Source: an uncultured cyanobacterium
GTDB lineage: Bacteria > Cyanobacteriota > Cyanobacteriia > PCC-6307 > Cyanobiaceae
Length of the DNA: 64,000 bases
NCBI GenBank assembly: GCA_963697335.1
Contig: CAVONQ010000018.1
Location: 32,001 to 96,000 of the forward strand
Reading direction: 5' to 3'
Position numbers and translations under genes: made by a program. Positions 24,417 to 36,924 of the stretch are shown piece by piece. Under the pieces are notes generated by a model. That model did not search any database, had not been told where the DNA came from, and saw nothing but the letters and a program-made list of their open reading frames with translations. Position 1 is the first letter of the stretch. Each line of letters starts with the position of its first letter.

Positions 24417-25544
24417 TCAGCTGCGGATCTGTACCGGCATCACCAGGTAGGTGAAGTCCGAGGCCTCACGGGGCCGCAACACCGCCGGCGTGGTTGGGGC
24501 ATTGCAGTGCAGGTCCACCTGATCGGAGCCAATCGCCTTGAGACCCTCCAGCAGATAACGCACGTTGAAGGCAATCTGCAGCGCCTCCCCCTCGATCGTG
24601 GCCGGCAGGGACTCCGAGCCGCGGCCCACGTCCTGGGCATCGGCCTGCACCTGCAGGGTGCCGCTGCCGGGGTCGGCCGTGATCTTGACCACGTTGTTGT
24701 GCGGGTCGGCCAGCACGGCCACCCGCTCCAGCGCGGCGATCAGGGCACGGCGATCCGTACCGATGCGGCGGCTGAACACGTCCGGGATCAACTGGGGGTA
24801 GTTGGGGTAGGTGCCGTCGAGGCTGCGGCTCGTGAGCACCTGATCCGCCCAGAGAAACACCACCTGGCCGTGCTCGCAGAACAGGCTGAGCGGATCCTGG
24901 GAATGGCGGCTGGAGAGCAGCCGCTCCAGCTCCCGCAGGGAGCGGGAGGGAACGGTGACCGCGAAGGGTTCACCGATGGCGGCATGGGCCAGACGCAGCA
25001 CCGACAGCCGGTGCCCATCGGTGGCTGCACACTCCAGGCCCTCGCCATCGAGCCGCAGATGCACGCCGGTGAGCATCTGCTTGGCCTCGTCACCGCTGCT
25101 GGCGAACAGGGTGGCGCGCAGGCCCTGGGCCAGGGCCTCGGCCTCCAGGCGCAGCGGCTCGCCGCTCTGCACCAGGGGCAGGTCGGGGAAGTCGTCGGCG
25201 GGCATGCCGCGCATCTGATAGGTGCCCGAGAGGCTGATCAGGTCCACCTGGTCGGACTGGTCAGGGCAGCTGATGGTGATCGGACCATCGGCCGACAGGC
25301 GCGAGACGATCTCGGCAAACAGCCTGGACGGCAAGGTGATGGCACCGCTCGTTTCCACCTCGGCCGCCATGCTGGTCTGAATGCCGAGGCTGAGGTCGTA
25401 GCCGGTGAGGCTGAGGCGGCCGGTGCCGGCGTCAGCTGTCAGCAGCACGTTCGCGAGCACGGGGTGGGTCGGCCGTGTGGCGACGGCGCGACTGACCAGT
25501 TGAAGGCTGCCGCTGAGTTCTGTCTGGGAGCAGACCAGCTTCAT
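24417..25544 (-). CDS. dnaN: DNA polymerase III beta clamp
   Basis: MKLVCSQ start at 25544, HPVLANVLL, AATDGHRL, GTYPNYPQLIP, IAFNVRYL, YLVMPVQIRS. Confidence 0.97.
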   Translation of the reverse strand: MKLVCSQTELSGSLQLVSRAVATRPTHPVLANVLLTADAGTGRLSLTGYDLSLGIQTSMAAEVETSGAITLPSRLFAEIVSRLSADGPITISCPDQSDQVDLISLSGTYQMRGMPADDFPDLPLVQSGEPLRLEAEALAQGLRATLFASSGDEAKQMLTGVHLRLDGEGLECAATDGHRLSVLRLAHAAIGEPFAVTVPSRSLRELERLLSSRHSQDPLSLFCEHGQVVFLWADQVLTSRSLDGTYPNYPQLIPDVFSRRIGTDRRALIAALERVAVLADPHNNVVKITADPGSGTLQVQADAQDVGRGSESLPATIEGEALQIAFNVRYLLEGLKAIGSDQVDLHCNAPTTPAVLRPREASDFTYLVMPVQIRS

Positions 25545-25950
25545 GGCGATGCGGTGCCGTGCCGGAGGACGGTCTGACGTGAGGCTCCACGGTTCCACAG
25601 CGCGGCTGATTCCGCAACGGCGGTGAACCGGCTCTGACCTGCCGTCTTCTCTCAAAAGATCAGATCTACAGAAGTAAGAGCAATCCGTCGTCGTAGAGCC
25701 TGTGGAAACGGCGGAAATCCTCCAGATCAGCCTGCAGCCACTGCAGAGTCGCGGCCTGAGGGGGGAGGAGAATAGAGGGGGCTGTGCGGAATCCATCGCT
25801 TTTTCCACACTTTCCCGCGCCTGGGGAAATCGGCGGCCTGAGGCGGCCGCCTCCAGACCCCAGCGTGTCCCCCTGAAAAGACGAACTTTCCGCTGCCTTT
25901 CCTCAGCCACTTTTCAGAATGGCTGCCGGATTCGTGCCGTTGTCAGCCCA
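25545..25950. other. Probable chromosomal origin oriC (DnaA-box cluster plus AT-richer segment)
   Basis: TTTTCCACA at 25801-25809; variants GGTTCCACA 25591, TGTGGAAAC 25701, TGGGGAAAT 25822, CTTTCCTCA 25897; AT-richer stretch with AGATC repeats at about 25645-25680; directly upstream of dnaN. Confidence 0.75.
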
Positions 25951-25952
25951 TG

Positions 25953-25976
25953 ACAAAGCCCCCGCTCTGCGGGGGC
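25953..25976 (-). terminator. Intrinsic terminator of thrC
   Basis: Minus strand GCCCCCGC-AGA-GCGGGGGC followed by TTTGT, about 40 nt after the thrC stop. Confidence 0.6.
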
Positions 25977-26013
25977 CGAAAGGTGCCCTGCGGCCTTTCC
26001 TCGACCCGGCGCC

Positions 26014-27132
26014 CTAGAAGCCCATCACTTCGGCCACCTTTGCGGTATCCGCTTCCAGGCCGGTGTGGAAGGGAGCATCGTTGTGCTCGATCGCCGTAGC
26101 GGGATCCTTGAGTCCGTTGCCCGTGAGCACGCACACCACGGTGGCGCCCGCCGGCACCTCGGCGCGGCGCTTGAGCAGACCCGCCACGGAGGCGGCGCTG
26201 GCGGGCTCACAGAACACCCCCTCCTCGCTGCCGAGCAATTTGTAGGCCTCGATGATCTCGGCGTCGGTGACGGCCATGAAGCCGCCACCGCTCTCCGCCT
26301 CAACCCGCAGCGCGTTGTCGCGGTTGACTGGATTGCCGATCCGGATCGCCGTGGCGATGGTGTCGGGCTGCTCCACCGTGTGGCCGAGCACCAACGGCGC
26401 CGATCCGGCGGCCTGAAAGCCGAGCATGCGCGGCAGCCTGCTGCTCAGGCCGGCCTGCTGGTACTCCTTGAAGCCCATCCAATAGGCCGTGATGTTGCCG
26501 GCATTGCCCACGGGGATGCAGAGCCAGTCCGGGGCTTCGCCCAGGGCATCCACCACCTCGAAGGCGGCCGTCTTCTGCCCCTGCAGCCGGTAGGGGTTGA
26601 CCGAGTTGACCAGGGTCACCGGGTACTGGGTAGCCACCTCCTGCACGATCGCCAGGGCCCGGTCGAAATTGCCCTGGATGGCGATCACCTGGGCGCCGTA
26701 GAGCAGGGCCTGGGCCAGCTTTCCCTGGGCCACATAGCCATCTGGGATCAGCACGAAGGCGCGCATGCCTCCTCGGCGCGCGTAGGCCGCGGCGGCGGCC
26801 GAGGTATTGCCGGTGCTGGCGCAGATCACGGCTTCAGAGCCGGCCTCCTTCGCCTTGGAAATGGCCATCGTCATGCCCCGGTCCTTGAAGGAGCCGGTGG
26901 GGTTGAGGCCGTCGTACTTGAGAAACACGCGCACGCCCCGCCCGATGCGGCTCGCGAGGGCCTGGCTCGGTATCAGGGGGGTGGCCCCCTCCCGCAGGGT
27001 GATCACCGGCGTGGCATCGCTCACTGGCAACCAGGAGCGGTAGGCCTCAATCAGCCCTGGCCAGTCCTGCATCGACCGGCGGCCGGAGCCAGGCCCCCAG
27101 CCCAGGCGACGCAGCGATTGGAGCAGGGGCAA
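26014..27132 (-). CDS. thrC: Threonine synthase
   Basis: [12 protein letters not shown] (PLP Lys), [34 protein letters not shown]; alternative start at 27072. Confidence 0.96.
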   Translation of the reverse strand: MPLLQSLRRLGWGPGSGRRSMQDWPGLIEAYRSWLPVSDATPVITLREGATPLIPSQALASRIGRGVRVFLKYDGLNPTGSFKDRGMTMAISKAKEAGSEAVICASTGNTSAAAAAYARRGGMRAFVLIPDGYVAQGKLAQALLYGAQVIAIQGNFDRALAIVQEVATQYPVTLVNSVNPYRLQGQKTAAFEVVDALGEAPDWLCIPVGNAGNITAYWMGFKEYQQAGLSSRLPRMLGFQAAGSAPLVLGHTVEQPDTIATAIRIGNPVNRDNALRVEAESGGGFMAVTDAEIIEAYKLLGSEEGVFCEPASAASVAGLLKRRAEVPAGATVVCVLTGNGLKDPATAIEHNDAPFHTGLEADTAKVAEVMGF

Positions 27133-27158
27133 GGGGGCAAGGGGTGGCTGGGCTGAAT

Positions 27159-27767
27159 CTACGGCTCGGATGCGGGTGCCGGAGCGCTGCCTGCCGCTGC
27201 AGGGGCGTTGTTGCGCAGGCCGTCCAGGGGGGATTCGGAGAAGAAGCGCACCAGCTCGGTGATCGAACTGGCCTTCTCCATCACGGCCAGCAAGGCAGGA
27301 ATGTCCACCTGCAGTTCCTGGGTGGGATAGGCCTCCAGGAAGGAGATGGCCGAGATGGCGCCATCGCCGTTCACCAGCCCCATGATCAGGGCGGAGCGCA
27401 GGGCGGGAATGCCCTGGCTGGGGGCGCTCAGGGGAAACACCACCTGGGCCAGGCGCTTCAGCAGGGCCTCCCCGATGCGGGTGTTGAGCAGCCGGCTTAC
27501 CAGGGTGATCGGCAGTGCCAGCGACTGGTTGAGCAGGGCCGACACCTCTTCGGGGTTCTGATTGCTGATCCGCAGCACGTCGGCCAGCAGACCCCGGGCC
27601 TCTCCGGTGCTGGCCAGGTGCTGCAGATCGGCCACCGGCAGGGAGCGGCGGAAGGCTCCACTCACAAAGACGATGTTCTCAGCCGCCAGAACGGCGGGGC
27701 AGGACAGACTCAGGCCCAGACCCAACAGGGCACCCAGAAGCCTTTGGCGAAGTGCTCTTGATCGCAT
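27159..27767 (-). CDS. DUF1400 domain exported protein
   Basis: Signal peptide, [29 protein letters not shown]. Confidence 0.8.
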   Translation of the reverse strand: MRSRALRQRLLGALLGLGLSLSCPAVLAAENIVFVSGAFRRSLPVADLQHLASTGEARGLLADVLRISNQNPEEVSALLNQSLALPITLVSRLLNTRIGEALLKRLAQVVFPLSAPSQGIPALRSALIMGLVNGDGAISAISFLEAYPTQELQVDIPALLAVMEKASSITELVRFFSESPLDGLRNNAPAAAGSAPAPASEP

Positions 27768-27803
27768 GGCCCCAGCCTAGGAGTTAAGGCAACTGCGGTC
27801 AGC

Positions 27804-29888
27804 TCAGGCCATTCTCAGGGGAGCGGTCTGAGGCTTGGCGCGGCCTGGCAGGCCGGGAGGCACCAGCACGTCGCGCACCAGATGCACCAAGCCTCGCTCG
27901 GCCAGGCCCCGGGCCACATCCAGGCCCATGCGTCGCAACTCCGGTTCGCCCAGCACCCTGGGCAGCCGCTTCAGCAGCAGCTGGGGTTCAAAGCCCGGAA
28001 CGGATCGCAGGATCTCGACCAACTGACGCACCGGCTCGAGGTCCAGTAGGGGTTCTTCGGCTGTCGAGGGCGGCCGCTGTCGCACCCCGGGGGGTTGAAA
28101 CCGGGGAGGAAGCCGCTGGCCCAGTCGCAGGGTGGCCTGCCAGGCCAGACCATCGATGCGCTGCACCACGGCATCCACCAGTTGCTGGCGCAGCAGGCCC
28201 CCATGGGGGGAGAACAGAAAGTCCAGAACCTGATCAATCAGACCGTCGAGGTCGAGGCTGGCTCCCTGGGAGGCGCTGGCGATGAGGTTGTCGAGCCGTT
28301 GCCAGCGAAAGATCTCACCATCGAAGAGCATCTCCTTGAGGCTGCTGCGCAACTGGGGATCGGGATCCTCCATCAGCCGCCGGGCGAAGTAGGGATAGGC
28401 GGCACCGAGGATTTTGAAGTCTGGATCCACACTCAGAGCGATGCCCTCAAGGGTGACCAGGGAGCGGATGATCAGGGCGTAGTAGGGAGGTACACGAAAC
28501 GGGAATTTGTACATCACACCGGAGAGATCGTCGGTGACGGCCTTGAAGTCCATACGGCTCACTCCCATCTCAATGGCCTGGCCAAACACACCCTCAAAGG
28601 CGGGTACAATGGGCTCTAGGTTGACATCCTCAGCCAGAAAACCAAGACTGACGAAATCCTGGGAGAGCTTGCCGAAATTTCGATTAACCAGATGCACAAC
28701 GGCCTGAATCAGCCCGGTTCTAGCCTCCCGGCTCACCGAGCTCATCATGCCGAAATCAAGGTAGGCAAGGCGTCCATCTGCCAGGGCCAACAGGTTGCCT
28801 GGATGGGGATCGGCGTGGAAGAAACCATGCTCCAGAAGTTGCTGAAGGCTGCAGTTCACGCCCACCTCCACCATGTCATCGGGATCCATGCCAATACTGC
28901 GCACTGCCTCCAGGTTGGTGAGCTTCACGCCATCAATCCACTCCATCGTGAGCACCCTGCGGCTGGTAGCCTCGTGATAAATACGGGGCACGGCGATGCG
29001 AGGGTTGTGGCGATGGAGTTCAGCGAAGCGCTCGGCGTTCTGGGCTTCGTTGTAGTAGTCCATCTCCTCGAACACCCGCTGGCCCAGCTCATCGATCAAG
29101 GCCACCAGATCGCTGCGAATCAGACCGACGTTGCGGTTGATCCAGGCGGCAATGTTGCGCACGATGTAGAGATCGAGCGTGATCTGCTCCCGCAGCCCAG
29201 GACGCTGCACTTTGACGGCCACGCGCTCACCACTGTGCAGGGTGCCGCGGTGCACCTGGCCGAGGGACGCCGCCGAGATCGGCTCCAGCTCCAGCTGGGC
29301 ATAGATGGCCTGAACGGGAGCGCCGAGGTCTTCCTCGATGCACGCCATCGCCAGGGCCGAGTCAAAGCCGGGCAGCTGGTCCTGGAGCTGGGCCAGTTCC
29401 TCCAGGAGCAGCGGGGGCACGATGTCCGGCCTGGTGGAGAGGGCCTGACCGGCCTTGATGAAGGCTGGCCCCAGGGAGGCGATCAGGTCGGCGGCTTCGC
29501 TGGCTCGGGAGCGGGCCACCTCCGGATTCCTCAGCCGTCTCAGCAGCCAATCGATCCCCACCCCGGCCAAAAACAGGCTGATGGGCACCAGCGTCTGCAA
29601 AAGGCGCCGGATCAGCCGCTGGGGATGGCCGGCATAGATGCGGCTGATCGTGGCCGGGTCGTAGGTGAGCAGCCCGGCGGCCTCGATGAAATCGCTGAGC
29701 TCGCCCGTGGCTGCCGCCAGCCCGGCCCGGCCCGGTTCCGGGTCGGCCTGCACCGCCTGGCGCATGGCCGCCGCCGCCTGTTCGATGGCGGTGGGGGGAG
29801 TGACTTCCGGGGCAGGACCCGGTGGATCCGGCCGCATGCTCACAGGTTCGGGAGACCCTTGCACCGTGTCCGGGCGACTGCTCACCAT
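27804..29888 (-). CDS. ABC1/AarF/UbiB atypical protein kinase
   Basis: LGPAFIKAGQALSTRPD, AASLGQVH, VAVKVQRP, FFHADPHPGN, YLDFGMM; start uncertain. Confidence 0.93.
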   Translation of the reverse strand: MVSSRPDTVQGSPEPVSMRPDPPGPAPEVTPPTAIEQAAAAMRQAVQADPEPGRAGLAAATGELSDFIEAAGLLTYDPATISRIYAGHPQRLIRRLLQTLVPISLFLAGVGIDWLLRRLRNPEVARSRASEAADLIASLGPAFIKAGQALSTRPDIVPPLLLEELAQLQDQLPGFDSALAMACIEEDLGAPVQAIYAQLELEPISAASLGQVHRGTLHSGERVAVKVQRPGLREQITLDLYIVRNIAAWINRNVGLIRSDLVALIDELGQRVFEEMDYYNEAQNAERFAELHRHNPRIAVPRIYHEATSRRVLTMEWIDGVKLTNLEAVRSIGMDPDDMVEVGVNCSLQQLLEHGFFHADPHPGNLLALADGRLAYLDFGMMSSVSREARTGLIQAVVHLVNRNFGKLSQDFVSLGFLAEDVNLEPIVPAFEGVFGQAIEMGVSRMDFKAVTDDLSGVMYKFPFRVPPYYALIIRSLVTLEGIALSVDPDFKILGAAYPYFARRLMEDPDPQLRSSLKEMLFDGEIFRWQRLDNLIASASQGASLDLDGLIDQVLDFLFSPHGGLLRQQLVDAVVQRIDGLAWQATLRLGQRLPPRFQPPGVRQRPPSTAEEPLLDLEPVRQLVEILRSVPGFEPQLLLKRLPRVLGEPELRRMGLDVARGLAERGLVHLVRDVLVPPGLPGRAKPQTAPLRMA

Positions 29889-29996
29889 GGCCGCCGACTG
29901 CCGCAAATTCTGTCCCCCTTCTAAAGCACTGAACCAGCCGCTACGGTCGGGGTCTTCACTGGGTGCCGGCTCATCGGTGCCATTCACGGAGGCTGC

Positions 29997-31709
29997 GTGC
30001 TCACGGCCCTGCGCCTGGAGAACATCGCCCTGATTGAGCACCTCGAGCTTGGCTTCAGCTCCGGCCTCACCGTGCTCACCGGTGAGACCGGTGCCGGCAA
30101 GTCGATCCTGCTCGATGCCCTCGATGCCCTGCTGGGCGGGGCTCCCGGCGGCTCGGCCTCCCGCCTGCTGCGCTCCGGCAGCTCCCGGGCCCGCATCGAG
30201 GCCTGTTTCTCACTCTCCCCTCCCCTGCAGCTCTGGCTCGCGGCCCAAGACCTGGAGGAGGCCGACGAGGGCGAGATCGTGCTGGCCAGGGAGTGGCGCT
30301 GGAGCGAGGGGAGGCTCAGCAGCCGCCACCGGCTCAACGGTGTGGCCATCAACCGCTCCCAGCTGCAGGAGCTGCGTCCCCTGCTGCTCGACCTCACCGT
30401 GCAGGGTCAGACCCAGCAGCTGGCCCGTCCTGGTCAGCAACGGCGCTGGCTGGACCGTTTCGGTGGCCCGAGTCTGCAGCAGTCCCTGGTGGCCGCAGCC
30501 ACGGCCTGGCGTGATTGGAAGCAGGCCCTTGAGGCCCTGGAGCAGGCGCGGCTGGCCGCCGACCAGTTGCAGCTGCAGCGGGCGGAGCAGGAGGCGTGCC
30601 TGGCCGAGCTGGAGGCGGCCGGCCTGGAGGATCCGGCCGAGCGCGAGCGCCTGGAGAGGGAGCAGGACCGACTGGCCCATGGCGTGCGCCTGCAGGAGGG
30701 CGTGATGACCCTGCTCGGTCGGCTGCTGGAGGGGGCTGAAGGTGCCCCTTCCGTGCTGGATCACCTGGCGGCTTGTGAGCCGGAATGGCAGGCCATGGAG
30801 CAGTGCGATGGCTCTCTCGCCGAGCTGCGAGGCCGGGCGGCGGAGCTGCTGCTGCTCACCCAGGAACTGGTGCGTGATCTCGACCGCTATGGCGGTTTGC
30901 TGGAGAGCGATCCAGGCAGCCTGGCCACCCTCCAGAGCCGCATCCACGACCTCAAGATCCTTGAACGTCGCCATGGTCAGGATCTGGCGGGGTTGATCGC
31001 CCTCCGCGATCAGTTGGGTGAGCTGCTCTCCCCCTCGGGCCAGGGCACCTCCCTGGAGGCGTTAGAGGCCCGGGAGCTGCAGGCGCGCCGGTGCCGTGAT
31101 GCGGCCCATGGGGTGCTCAGCGAGCAGCGCCGCAGGGCTGCGGCCAGCCTCAACGGCGAGATGCTTGAGGCCCTGCGACCGATGGGGCTGGCCAACGTGC
31201 GCTTCAGTGCGGCGATCGAGGCCGCCGAGCCCGGCGAGGCCGGTGCCGATCGGGTTCAGTTTCTGTTTTCCGCCAACCCGGGTCAGCCCCTGGCGCCCCT
31301 GGCGGAGGTGGCTTCGGGGGGAGAGATGAGCCGCTTCCTGCTGGCCCTCAAAACCTGCCTGGCGGCGGCCGATGCCCACGTCACCCTGCTGTTCGATGAG
31401 ATCGACAGCGGCGTCAGCGGCAGGGTCAGCGGGGCCATGGCAACCTTGCTGCGGCGTCTGGCCGGCCAGAGGCAGGTGTTCTGCGTCACCCACCAACCCC
31501 TGGTGGCCGCAGCGGCGGACCACCACTTCCAGGTGTCCAAGGACGTGGTGGATGGGATGACCCACACCCGGGTGTCCCACCTGCGGGACACCCAGGCCCG
31601 CCAGGCGGAATTGGCGGAACTGGCCGGCGGGGACGGTGGCGAGGCCCGCAGCTACGCGGCGAGCCTGCTGCTGCAGGGCGGTGCCGAGCAGCACCCCGGC
31701 GACCGCTGA
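29997..31709 (+). CDS. recN: DNA repair protein RecN
   Basis: LTGETGAGKSI, FSANPG, ASGGEMSR, LFDEIDSGVSG, CVTHQP. Confidence 0.96.
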   Translation: MLTALRLENIALIEHLELGFSSGLTVLTGETGAGKSILLDALDALLGGAPGGSASRLLRSGSSRARIEACFSLSPPLQLWLAAQDLEEADEGEIVLAREWRWSEGRLSSRHRLNGVAINRSQLQELRPLLLDLTVQGQTQQLARPGQQRRWLDRFGGPSLQQSLVAAATAWRDWKQALEALEQARLAADQLQLQRAEQEACLAELEAAGLEDPAERERLEREQDRLAHGVRLQEGVMTLLGRLLEGAEGAPSVLDHLAACEPEWQAMEQCDGSLAELRGRAAELLLLTQELVRDLDRYGGLLESDPGSLATLQSRIHDLKILERRHGQDLAGLIALRDQLGELLSPSGQGTSLEALEARELQARRCRDAAHGVLSEQRRRAAASLNGEMLEALRPMGLANVRFSAAIEAAEPGEAGADRVQFLFSANPGQPLAPLAEVASGGEMSRFLLALKTCLAAADAHVTLLFDEIDSGVSGRVSGAMATLLRRLAGQRQVFCVTHQPLVAAAADHHFQVSKDVVDGMTHTRVSHLRDTQARQAELAELAGGDGGEARSYAASLLLQGGAEQHPGDR

Positions 31710-31764
31710 GGGCCCGCGCCGGTCTCTTGAAATTCTTTACATTCGTCGTTTGCCCCCTGGCCCC

Positions 31765-32709
31765 ATGTCCTGGACCGCCACTGACATCCCGGACCAGTCA
31801 GGTCGCGTTGCCCTGGTGACTGGCGCCAGCAGTGGCCTCGGCCTCGAAACCGCTTGCGCCCTCGTGGCCCGGGGGGCCCTCGTGGTGCTCGGCTGCCGCT
31901 CCGCGGCCCGGGCCGAGCGCGCCCGCCAGGAGCTACTGCCCGCGGTGGCTGAGGGCGGCGCTGTGGACGTGCTTGCCCTGGACCTCGCCGATCTGCGCGC
32001 TGTGGACGCCGCCGCCCAGCAGCTGGGCGAGCGCTACGGCCGCCTGGATCTGCTCATCAACAACGCCGGCGTGATGGGCCTGCCCCGCACCCTCACCCGC
32101 GATGGCTTTGAGCTCCAGTTCGGCACCAATCACCTCGGCCATTTCGCCCTCACCCAGAGGCTGCTGCCGCTGATGCACACCCAGCGCGACGCCCGCGTGG
32201 TCACCGTCACCTCGGGCGCCCAGTACTTCGGTCGCATCGCCTTCGACGACCTGCAGGGCGAGCAGCACTACGACCGCTGGCAGGCCTACGGCCAGAGCAA
32301 GCTCGCCAATGTGATGTTTGCCCTCGAGCTGCAGCAGCGTCTTGAGGCCGAGGCCTCCGGCGTGATCTCCCTGGCGGCCCACCCCGGTGTGGCCCGCACC
32401 AACCTGCAACCCGCCTCGGTGGCGGCCAGCGGCTCGCGCCTCGAACCGCTGGCCTACCGGCTGATGGGCCCCCTGTTCCAGAGTGCGGCCATGGGCGCCC
32501 TGCCCCAGCTCTATGCCGCCACGGCTGCCGACGCCAGCCCTGGCGGCCACTACGGCCCCGACCAGTGGGGTGGCATGCGGGGTTGGCCCACCGCGGTGCG
32601 GGTGGCCCCGGCCGCCCTCGACGCCAGCCAGCGGCAGCGGCTCTGGCAGCGCAGCGAGGAGCTGGTGGCGCAGGTGATGCAGCGCAGTCCCGCCGTGGCT
32701 GCCCCCTGA
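31765..32709 (+). CDS. Short-chain dehydrogenase/reductase (retinol-DH/WWOX-like)
   Basis: TGASSGLG, LINNAGVM, FGTNHLGHF, YGQSK catalytic motif, AHPG. Confidence 0.92.
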   Translation: MSWTATDIPDQSGRVALVTGASSGLGLETACALVARGALVVLGCRSAARAERARQELLPAVAEGGAVDVLALDLADLRAVDAAAQQLGERYGRLDLLINNAGVMGLPRTLTRDGFELQFGTNHLGHFALTQRLLPLMHTQRDARVVTVTSGAQYFGRIAFDDLQGEQHYDRWQAYGQSKLANVMFALELQQRLEAEASGVISLAAHPGVARTNLQPASVAASGSRLEPLAYRLMGPLFQSAAMGALPQLYAATAADASPGGHYGPDQWGGMRGWPTAVRVAPAALDASQRQRLWQRSEELVAQVMQRSPAVAAP

Positions 32710-32723
32710 GGCGGAGCTCCCCC

Positions 32724-33245
32724 ATGGCACGCCTCGATCTGCTGGTACCGACCCTGGCAGCGCTGAGCGTGCTGGTGCTGGCCGGCTGCGGCCACGATGC
32801 CCAGCAGGCCCTCAGCCTGGAGGGTCGGTACCAGACCCTGCGCCTGATGCAGTTTGCCGAGGTGCCCGACATCACCCCTAACCAGGTGCAGGTGTGGCGC
32901 GCTGCAGGCCGCCCCCTGGTGCTGGTGGATGTGCGTGAACCCAGGGAGCGCCAGGTGTCCACCCTGCCCGGGGCGATCAGCCAGGAGGAGTTCGAGGCCG
33001 ACCCCCAGCGCTACCGCTCCAGCCTGGTGGTGCCCTACTGCACCATCGGTCTGCGCAGTGGTCTCTACGGCCAGCAGCTGCAGCAGCAGGGTTTCCAGGT
33101 GCGCAACCTGGCCGGCAGTGCCCTGGCCTGGGCCCACGCGGACCTGCTGTTCGAGCATCAGGGCCAGCCGACCCGGCGCCTGCACGTGTACAGCCCCGAC
33201 TGGAACATGCTGCCGCGGGGCTACGAAGCGGTGGCCGACCGTTGA
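32724..33245 (+). CDS. Rhodanese-like domain lipoprotein
   Basis: Lipobox LAGC; LVDVRE..VSTLPGAI; active-site loop YCTIGLRS; NLAGS..W. Confidence 0.85.
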   Translation: MARLDLLVPTLAALSVLVLAGCGHDAQQALSLEGRYQTLRLMQFAEVPDITPNQVQVWRAAGRPLVLVDVREPRERQVSTLPGAISQEEFEADPQRYRSSLVVPYCTIGLRSGLYGQQLQQQGFQVRNLAGSALAWAHADLLFEHQGQPTRRLHVYSPDWNMLPRGYEAVADR

Positions 33246-33305
33246 GGGAGCCACGGTGGAGGCGAGGGCGTCGCTTCTAGAATCCGACGTTCTCCAGGCC
33301 GCCGC

Positions 33306-36329
<3,024 letters not shown>

Positions 36330-36448
36330 GTCAGCCCCCCCAGCCAGGCCAGCTGCTACCACCAGATCTGTGGCAGCTCCAGGTCGTCCTGCCTACAGGT
36401 GGTGGCTTCCCCTAGGCTGAAGCGGATCACCAGTCAAGTCGATCAGCC

Positions 36449-36808
36449 ATGCGCGCTCTGGTCAGATCACTGGCCGACAGCCTGATTCTCGACACCCAGG
36501 CTGAGCTGCAACCGGCGCCCTGGGTTTACACCGCAGCGATCCGCTCCTCCGCCGATCTGGTGGCCTCCCTCAGTGGCATCGCCTGCCTGGCCCGTGAGCT
36601 CGGCTTCACCCGGGATCCGGAAACGCTCTACGCCGACGATGGCAGCAGTGCCAGCTATCACGTGGACCATGCCCACCAGGCGATCACCCTCGCGGTGACC
36701 TGCCATCCCCTGCGTGAGACCGTGGCCCTTGCCCTCAGCGGCGTCAGCCGCGACGACACCTATGCGAGTTTCCAGCAGGTGGAAGCGACCCTGTTCGGTT
36801 GCTGCTGA
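36449..36808 (+). CDS. Hypothetical protein (119 aa)
   Basis: Fills the gap with host-like GC3 codon usage; TAGGCT -10-like hexamer at 36413; no family recognised. Confidence 0.65.
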   Translation: MRALVRSLADSLILDTQAELQPAPWVYTAAIRSSADLVASLSGIACLARELGFTRDPETLYADDGSSASYHVDHAHQAITLAVTCHPLRETVALALSGVSRDDTYASFQQVEATLFGCC

Positions 36809-36924
36809 GGGGCTCCGGGCACTGCTCCCCAGGAGAGAATCGGCAAAGATGCTGCATCGGACCACAGTCAGTGCTCCATCCAGACCACCGTCAGGGATCG
36901 TCTGGCGACTCCCCCTACCCAACG

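Noticed and set aside
25545..25910. N-terminal extension of dnaN in the ORF track
   Set aside because: It runs through the DnaA-box region; the beta clamp starts at MKLVCSQ (25544).
33270..33300. Possible LexA box before uvrA (AGAATCCGACGTTCT)
   Set aside because: It does not fit the cyanobacterial GTAC-N4-GTAC-type or the GAAC-N4-GTTC spacing; TAGAAT is more simply a -10 element.
36351..36378. Hairpin downstream of uvrA as a terminator or sRNA
   Set aside because: The stem is plausible but there is no U-tract or other support.
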